DNA of 63,056 nucleotides, the filler included, from Sluysia triapertura (lineage: Eukaryota): assembly GCA_046118255.1 (NCBI GenBank). It is 4 parts of 4 records of this genome, joined end to end, with 100 filler letters (N's around TTAATTAATTAA, not from the genome) between each part and the next. Parts side by side here need not be neighbours in the genome. Positions count along the whole stretch, not along the records: positions 48,002 to 63,056 come from JBJNIA010240326.1; 3 more parts are not named here. The stretch is one strand, 5' to 3'. A model generated the notes under the pieces. That model made no database searches. It was not told where the DNA came from and saw only the letters and a list, made by a program, of their open reading frames with translations. The position numbers and the translations under genes are program-made. Below, one piece after another: positions 54,996-63,056 of this stretch. Position 1 is the stretch's first letter; every line of letters begins with the position of its first letter.

Positions 54996-56210
54996 TGTAG
55001 TGGGCAACACTCATAATCAAAACCCATTAAAATACTACAGCTAGCATTTACAAACCAAATTTCACTAAAATGCAGATTTTAAAACAACCATATTTTCTAC
55101 TTTAGAATTGCACCAACCCAAACATCATAAAACAACATTCGATAATCACAACTCATTAACTCATATACACCAACAAATCAACTAATATCTCAACCATCTA
55201 TAGTACAACAAACTTCGACATTCAGCTCAAACAATTCATAACATTCATTCACTAAATATTTCGACAAACGAATTACAATCATAAGAGAAACTTCACAAAC
55301 CCTATATATAATAGTTTTACCAAATAACCCTAACAAATACCTTAGAAACATAGACCATTTCCATCCAAAACTTGAACCTTAATTAACAACACCGACTTAA
55401 ATTCACTTCATATAACTATATCCATCATTCATAATTTATCGTAATGGCATTATGATATATTAAGGTCTATTTTGTAATCATCATCTAAAATTAAAATAAC
55501 TTCAATCTTTCAACAAGCATTTTAAACCATTAAATCTAATCCATAAATCTTGTTTTCAAACTGTAAATCTTTTAATAAGTTTCAACAAATTATTTTAACA
55601 TCTTTCATTTCACTTACAACCTATACCATCGCACCTTTCAAACAAATTTTAAACAATTTTAAAGATTTCATTATCATACTGCGAAGAAACAACCACCAAC
55701 GATACATTATACACTTAGTAATTGTTGTTCCTTCGCAGTACAACATTTGTCTTATTCCTTTTTATTTCATATATGTGAGAAAGGACAAGCATATAAAGAA
55801 AAGATCATGTTTACGTTCTTCTAAAGGTATTTATGCGTTTTAAATTACATAATAATAATAATAATAACAATAATTTCACCATTTTTATTATTATTAATAT
55901 TGTTATTATTATTTTCATCATTATTGCTGTTGTTTTTATTATTATTACTACTGTTATTTTCAGTATTATTATCATTAGCGTAAATGTACCTAAAAATAAA
56001 ATAAAAATTTAATGCTTTAACTGGTTGCTGCCATCACCAACGATGACAGCCTATGTATATATTTCATTTGACTGTCAACGTTGATGACGGTCAGTAATCA
56101 GTCATCAACATTTTTCTAATTTTAATTTTGATCAATACACCCAATCAGAGTCATCACTGTTTGTTTCATTAATTACTAATCTGATTGGGTGTAGTAATTT
56201 TAGCATTACA
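54996..56210 (+). mobile_element. Cassette copy D with two hairpins
   Basis: It has a TGTAGTGGGCAAC start, a C/A-rich tract, an A/G-rich block alignable to copy C, a (TAT)n tract and hairpins at 56021-56101 and 56136-56193. It ends CATTACA. Confidence 0.65.
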
Positions 56211-56381
56211 GACAATCTCAATTAAAAAATTTTTAACAAGAAAAATTTAGTACTCAAAGTAGACAATCCATAAAATTCCAGACAATTAAAATTCTTAACA
56301 AGAAAAATTCAGACAGAATAAATCGTTTCAGTGTGACTTCATTTCTAAACATTTTATTAATTTACATTTTGACAAGTAATA

Positions 56382-57161
56382 ATGCAAGATCATAAAGATT
56401 CGATGATGAGATCGTCTAAAGATTTATTTTTAGAATTTTCAAATGAAATGGAAGTCATGGATGATTACCTAAGTAATGGTATAACCGAACATCCTAATTC
56501 AGCTAATAAATTGTGCTTACTTCAAATTATAATTTCATCTATATCTAACGTAAATAGTAATTTTTATGCATTATCCAGTAGTGAAATCTATCTTCAATCG
56601 AATCACAGTAATATTTTGAGAAACAAGAATATAAATGGAATTAAAGACAATAAAAAACATTTCATCGTATACGATTTAGACGATTCCAGTTTTTCCAGTC
56701 ATAGTACAGATAGTTCAGTCAAAAGTTTTGAAGAAATTAATATTAACGATTTGTGTATAAATGATATTAAAGAATTAAATTCAATTTTGATAGATAATAT
56801 TGATAAATCGAAAAAGAAAATAATTGTCAAGCAAGAAATATTATATAAATTACATGTATATGTTGGAGATAAATCATCTCATAGTTCTGAAAATCTCAAA
56901 AGGATTCCAAAATTAAATAAGTTTGATGAAACCCGAAAAGAAGAGATACTACTAATAATGTCAAATCGAGCTGTACGCAACTCTGATAGTTCTAAATTTA
57001 ACTTGAATGATGTACATAAAATGATTTTATTTGAAAACAAAGATTTATTAGAGCCAAATACTAGTATTAAGAATTTAGATATTAAAAGGACTAATTTATC
57101 TGACATCCTTTTGACTGATAACAGTATTTCATCTGGTGTAGAATTACATAGTTATTCTTGA
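56382..57161 (+). CDS. 259-aa ORF of unknown function downstream of cassette D
   Basis: This is the longest uninterrupted ORF in the window, with an ATG start 172 bp after the cassette end. An ORF this long is unlikely by chance at this AT content. No domain was recognised. Confidence 0.6.
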   Translation: MQDHKDSMMRSSKDLFLEFSNEMEVMDDYLSNGITEHPNSANKLCLLQIIISSISNVNSNFYALSSSEIYLQSNHSNILRNKNINGIKDNKKHFIVYDLDDSSFSSHSTDSSVKSFEEININDLCINDIKELNSILIDNIDKSKKKIIVKQEILYKLHVYVGDKSSHSSENLKRIPKLNKFDETRKEEILLIMSNRAVRNSDSSKFNLNDVHKMILFENKDLLEPNTSIKNLDIKRTNLSDILLTDNSISSGVELHSYS

Positions 57162-57990
57162 AAACAATTATGGGTTGGACAATGAAACGTTGGGGAACTA
57201 GATCGGAAAACTTGTGTAATTTTTTAGTATCATCAAAAGATTGTTAAATATAAATCAAATATATTTCTACGTTTTTTATTTAACAAAATCTTGTATAAAC
57301 ATTCAAGTGCTAGTAGATAATTTTTACATTAATAATGAAATTTTAAGTATCAAATATGTTATGATCATCAAATTGAAAGATCTAACTATCACGAACTATT
57401 ATGTCAATGACTATGTCTATCACTATGAATTCAATAAGGAAGTTAAAATAGTCACAATAAATATATTAAATAAGAAGAACAATATATCAAATGTTAAAAC
57501 ATTAGACTAAATAACTATGAGTCCAATTCTTCGCGCACATTTTTATTCTTTCAATTAATGTCCAATGCTGTCTACTATATCGAAATTAATAATACGCCCT
57601 CAACTTTATCGTACACCATGAACACAAGCATATATCGTAGACTTCCACCTGTAAAAGCTATGTATAAACCTTCAATTATAAAATCAATTAATAAATTAAT
57701 TTATATAATATTATCATTCATAAATTGGTGTAACAAGTTATCACCCATAGTGTTAAATTAATATTTTTTGTTCTTCAGTTGTTATTGCATTGATGAGTTA
57801 ATTGTTCGTTTAAACTTTGTTAATTTCATTTCGCCAGGCCTTAAGCCGGCTTTGAAATTCTCAAAGTTAAAAATATATATAAACAAAATTCAAAAACAGT
57901 TGAATATAAACACAGAGAAGACCAAAAATTTATAAAAATAACATTTTAGCAAATACGTTAAGTTAGGTTTTACGTTCACAAAATCTTATT

Positions 57991-57992
<2 letters not shown>

Positions 57993-58032
<40 letters not shown>
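57993..58032. repeat. (AAT)n microsatellite
   Basis: About 13 TAA repeats. Confidence 0.9.
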
Positions 58033-58999
58033 GTAATATTATAAGGTCACAACTTAATTTTAGAAAAATGAATCGGATCTACGCCCATAGAAAAATTACT
58101 GTATATACTATATTAAAGTTAATTAAAATACAGTAAATAAACATGATATTCAAAATTAGTTACAAAAAATTTTGAGGACTTTAATATTAATTTCGTGACT
58201 TCGAATGATTAAACATTAAAACATAATTACTGAAAGAATTTTTTTGTGATCGACTAATATAATTAGTTAAATATTGCTTTTCAGAACAATAATCACTCAA
58301 AAGCATTATTAGTTTTAACTAATTTAAACGTATTTATCATTAATTTTTGTGTTCCATTAATATATAGTTTTCTAGTTAAGAACTATGGCTTATTAGAGTC
58401 CAATAAACAATCGGGGTTCATAATTTTGTTTGTAATTAACTTATATTTCTACTTACATAAATTATTGATGGCCAAATCAATATATAATATTTATTAAATT
58501 TATTAAAATTTTGGTTGAAATTTTTATTTTAAATTTAACCATTTTTTCTTAATATATGTATAATTGTTAAATTTATTTAAAGGTATAATTATCTATTAGC
58601 TCATACTAGATCTAAATATACAATTTTTGGGTACAAATAGGTAATAGAAATAGTGTTAAATTATATGCTGGTTTGAACTTGGTGATGTATGGGCATTTTT
58701 CTCTTGATTGAAATGCAGGTGGAGAATTGGTTGGAGTTTTATTGGATAGAAAATATTGATTTCGAATTGCTTGAAAGTGCGGGTATCTGAGAGAATGGTA
58801 CTTTAATAGGTTACTTTTTTTGATGTGGGGTTTCATTTTTAATATCTCCTAATTTTACATTAGAAACAGAAGAATAAAAAATAAGAAAAGTTGCAGGTAT
58901 AGATAAGAGAAATAATAATGATAACAATAATATATTTATTACATATTTTTTAAAATAATTCTGTAATAATATTATAAAAGTTATTATATGACAATCAAA

Positions 59000-59208
59000 G
59001 TAATCATATCATATGACAATAATCATAATAATGATTATATATTTTAATACGATTTGATTCATAATAACAATAACTATAATTCATGACAATTATATACAAT
59101 GATTGTGTTTGTTTTTTGAATGAGTCAAGTAGTTTGTTTAATGTTCTATGCATGTATGAGATGTTTTTATGTGATGAAGCATTGATATTTTGATATGATT
59201 TCCCTACA
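59000..59208 (-). repeat. Second copy of the TGTAGGGAAATCA-starting dispersed repeat
   Basis: Aligns with 26230-26433. Confidence 0.75.
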
Positions 59209-60243
59209 GTAATAAAATCCAAATAGTAAACTTTATAAAACAGTATGTAGAAATTCATACTAAAAAGTACAGAAAGAGAAATCATGAGAATACATGAATT
59301 TGAAAATTTCCCATTCATTGTAGGATTTATTAATATCCATTACCGATTTAACTGATTGATTAATTCATTATCAAATTTATTTACATACTTTGGCATTACT
59401 TTGAATTAATTACTAAATTATGCAATATTTGATTCATTCATTATCAAATTTTTTGGAATTCGTGCACATCTAATAAAAGTATTTAATCTTTTAACATATC
59501 TTAATTCGTGACATATGAAACTTGATTTCTAGTAAGGATTGCATGAATTATAAATTTAGTATTATTTAAAACTAAATTACATTTAAATTTATCTATAAAG
59601 ACAAATTAATAAAGTTTTTAAGATAATTAAATACCGAAATTATACCAACCTTAACTTAAGATTAATAATTATAGGTCAAAGAAAAACCTTTAAAAAAATT
59701 GAGATAATTAATGTAAAAGATAAGTAATATTCAAACCACAACAGAAACATCTAGACTGAAGCTTATTAGTTTAGTTTTTCCAATGAAATTATTAATTTCG
59801 TAAGTGCAGGAAAATACAATACTCCTTTCATTGTAGAGTGAAGTAAAGCCTAAATCAAATTCATTAATTTGTTATAAAATTTAAATAACGATAAGGGGTA
59901 TTGTAACTTAGTACAATAACAGTCGATGCTGAATTATAGAATTCAGAAATAGAATTATAGAATTATAGAATACAATCGATGATACATTCATGGATCATAA
60001 GCCAATTGTTTCTAATTTAACGAATTTACATTAAGCCTCTTTATTACTTGTTTAAAAGCGCTCTAAGCTCCATCCTCTCCTAGTTAGACTTAACAGAATA
60101 ATAACTTCAATTTAAAATATAAATATTTCGCATTGAAATAATGAAATACAAAATGAAATATCTCATCCGAAGCACAAGATTGAGCACACACAAGAGGAAT
60201 TGTCTCTTACTTCAGAAACAAATTAAAATTAATTCTAACTAAC

Positions 60244-60420
60244 CCCATTAATGAATATTGAGGAAATGTTAATAAGCCAATCTTTAAAGCTACAATATCG
60301 GATAACATTATTTTACGACTGTCATAAACAGCTTTATTGACAAAATCGTAACGAATTTCTTTCAGTATTTTATCTGTTAATAATACCACCTTTTCAATAT
60401 TATTGTTCCAATGATCAACC
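60244..60420 (-). CDS. TPRG1L: Internal exon of TPRG1/TPRG1L-like (hSac2 domain) protein
   Basis: The acceptor is tttttag| and the donor |GTTAGT, phase 2-2. It encodes VDHWNNNIEKVVLLTDKILKEIRYDFV...IGLLTFPQYSL, versus the family pattern VDHWNNEKERLVLVT...CKYDFI...GEFQFPPKSL. Confidence 0.8.
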
Positions 60421-60497
60421 CTAAAAATAAAAATATTAGAATAAAATGTTTATGTAACAACTAAGATACAATATATTACGAATAACAAAAAGTATAA

Positions 60498-60988
60498 AAG
60501 TATCTATTTTTACCTGACATTACCATTGAAAGGAACAATAATATCATACAAGAATCAGCAAGCTGTGCAAATGCTCGTCAAATGACTTCACAGCACTATG
60601 ATATTTTAAAATTTAAAGAAAATGTTAAGAAACAACCAAGAAAATATACAAGTCATTTAAGCAGACACGATTCAAGTCAAATCAATAAGAATGCATTCTG
60701 CCTGTTCAATAGTGACCACAGCGATTTGTGCATAAAGTACGTGATTGACTGCATCTATGCCCATACAGTCGATCAATTGGCTTATATCAAAGAAAAAGAT
60801 ACTAACTATGATGATCATCTTATTAGAATAGCGGAACTTCTCAGGAATCTCAGTTCACCGATGCGAAATTCGTCGTGGACAATCAAGAAGTAAACAATTT
60901 TTTTATTTACATTGATATTACAATTTTTTATTGTTTTTGAGATAGTGAAACGTGGAAATGCAACATTACACGCAGGAGCCGATATTTA
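60498..60988 (+). pseudogene. 5'-truncated third copy of the CCCH finger gene, antisense within the TPRG1L-like intron
   Basis: HLSRHDSSQINKNAFCLFNSDHSDLCIKYVIDCIYAHTVDQL has C-x9-C-x6-C-x3-H spacing. It is followed by a short gaa|GTAAAC...ttttgAG intron (~60890-60940), as in the other copies. Confidence 0.65.
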
Positions 60989-61831
60989 AAATTCAAAACT
61001 ATGATAAATAAGTTTTTGTGTGTTTTTGTTTCTTTTTGATTGAGCAACACTGTAAAAGTTATTTTTATTTCATAATTTAAAAAATAAATTTTAATAGTTT
61101 AATCCGTAAATATAATGTAAATTATAAATTAAGCGTAATTTCTAATTCAAACCATTAATTTATAAAAAACAACAACACTCAAATCATAATCCAGCGCAGT
61201 CTGGCCAACAGCAATGTAACTCGTAATATTATTAAAATGTTATAACAATTAGAACTTTGCTAATAACTTAAAACTTTCGACTCAGTTTATGTGCAACTTG
61301 AGTTAAAGATAATTATTGTTTAACACTTATAATAATAACCGGATGTTACTGTTCGATCGTCTCTGATGGCAGAGATGGAAGTGCTATATTAGATATGTGA
61401 TTTTAGGATTCGAGTGTCCTTCCTCTCGTCTAGCTATTAACTAAAACTAGTTTAAAATTTGTATTAACACCAATCAAAATATGCAAAATCATTTATTCGA
61501 ATTGTCAACTGAATAGTTATAGAATAGATGATTATAAAACTAAATATTTACAATATTGACAAACACTGGGAAGAGAATGGTTATATGATATCAAACACAG
61601 ATTAACGAATATAAAAAACTGTAAAAAGGTTTAATTTTAGATAAAATGCTTTTAAAGTCTAATAAATAATATAGTTACAAATACCACATGTAATCGAAAC
61701 GTTTTTAAATTTAGAAAATTTTAGTAATGTTATAATTATTCAAATACTATCCCAATAGATTAACAAATATGTTAAAATCAAAATTGTTACAAAGAAAATA
61801 ATCAAACTATACTTTACGATCAGCGTCTTAA

Positions 61832-61903
61832 CTCATTATGAGCGGGTATCCTTAAGTGACAGTCCATAAAACGGGTACTAATACCCGCCCCGCTCATAAT
61901 GTG
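61832..61903. mobile_element. Tiny piggyBac-type MITE (72 bp)
   Basis: TTAA|CTCATTATGAGCGGG...CCCGCTCATAATGTG|TTAA: 15-bp TIRs with 1 mismatch and a TTAA TSD. Confidence 0.75.
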
Positions 61904-63056
61904 TTAATATGGTCTAATAACTTTACCTCTGTGTCCAAATGTCAAATGTATTTCACGGTCTTCTTCACAACCAAATATTGATGTACCAAATGTTAATGTA
62001 TTTTCACAATCGAATAAACAATACCAAATATTAATGCACCTTCACAATCTATCGTCTCTTTATATACACTTTTTAAAGTAATAATCATTGTAATAAAATA
62101 ATAAGCTTTATATTATTTATTCGTTTTTCTTATTCTAATTTATTTATTTCATAATTATTATTTTTCTATTATATACATTAATTCTTGTTTTTCTAATAAA
62201 ATAATAAACTTTATTAATAGTGTACCTTTATTATTATTATTCTTCTATTCAATATATGTTAATAAAATAATAATCTTTGATAACAATAAACTTTTTTTAT
62301 TATTTGTTATTATAATTATTACAATCTATTATAATCCACTATTACAACCTACTGGGACCATTAATAATACATTGTTTTCTGAATTGAATAGGTATCTATT
62401 CAACTATTTCACTTGTCGCGTTTTGCATACTTTAATTTTTTACATATTTTAATTTTAATTTTTTATAATTTAGTTTTGTAATTTAATTTTGCTTTAAATT
62501 TGTAATAACATTTAACTAAACATTAACTTAACAAAAGTAATAATTATTGCTTTCAGATCCAAAAAAATTATACACATCCAATTTTATACCACCGTCATAG
62601 ATGAAGGCCCTTTTCTTCAAAAAATGAATCACTAACCGAAACAAGTAATAGTCTAAAGAAATATGATCTAGACTCGTTAAGGAATTAACTCAAACATTAA
62701 ACTTTTTTTTTCCATGTGGGCGACTTGGCATTATTTTACTGACGTGAAACTATTTCTGCTGACTAATTCTGAATAACGATCAATCACAATTTAAACCAGT
62801 GTTTATAAACTGATCATCAGGAATTATACTTTCAGAACCAAATCATGATTTTTATAAATCAACCTTTTTAACGACCGACTGACCAATCTCATCTTATCTT
62901 AACCACTCTTCTTCACTTTCAATGTTATGATAATATAGTCACTTTTCGTCACTAGTAACAATAATTCGGATATTCTGTAGGACATCTGTATGTATGTAAA
63001 AAAATATTTAAAAATAAATAAAAAGAATAAACAAGTTTTAAGACTAAATAAACAAA

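Overview
Very AT-rich, intron-containing invertebrate (probably arthropod) nuclear DNA, not prokaryotic. The window is four scaffold pieces joined by artificial 100-bp spacers (44 N + TTAATTAATTAA + 44 N at 20539, 36634, 47902), plus two plain N gaps. Recognisable host exons are KIAA0319/AAVR-like (+), M-Ras/R-Ras-like (-), an EGFRAP/tensin-type SH2 protein (-, two exons, 34-nt intron), malic enzyme (+) and TPRG1L/hSac2 (-). The rest is decayed TEs: hAT Buster/Charlie, mariner, Tc1-like, pogo end, piggyBac MITE, L2 LINEs, a rearranged env-bearing Gypsy-like element and LTRs. The most unusual signal is a dispersed ~0.7-1.2 kb cassette found in all four pieces. It starts TGTGGTGGCCAAC or TGTAGTG, then has a C/A-rich tract, a (TAT)n tract, one or two hairpins with compensatory changes between copies, and ends in ...ACA. 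It is usually followed by a degenerate gene from a lineage-specific family. Three related gene copies (two of them downstream of a cassette) share an atypical C-x9-C-x6-C-x3-H finger and a short downstream intron, and one fuses that finger to a Max-like bHLH-ZIP. All homologies were judged by eye, and TE and pseudogene boundaries are approximate.
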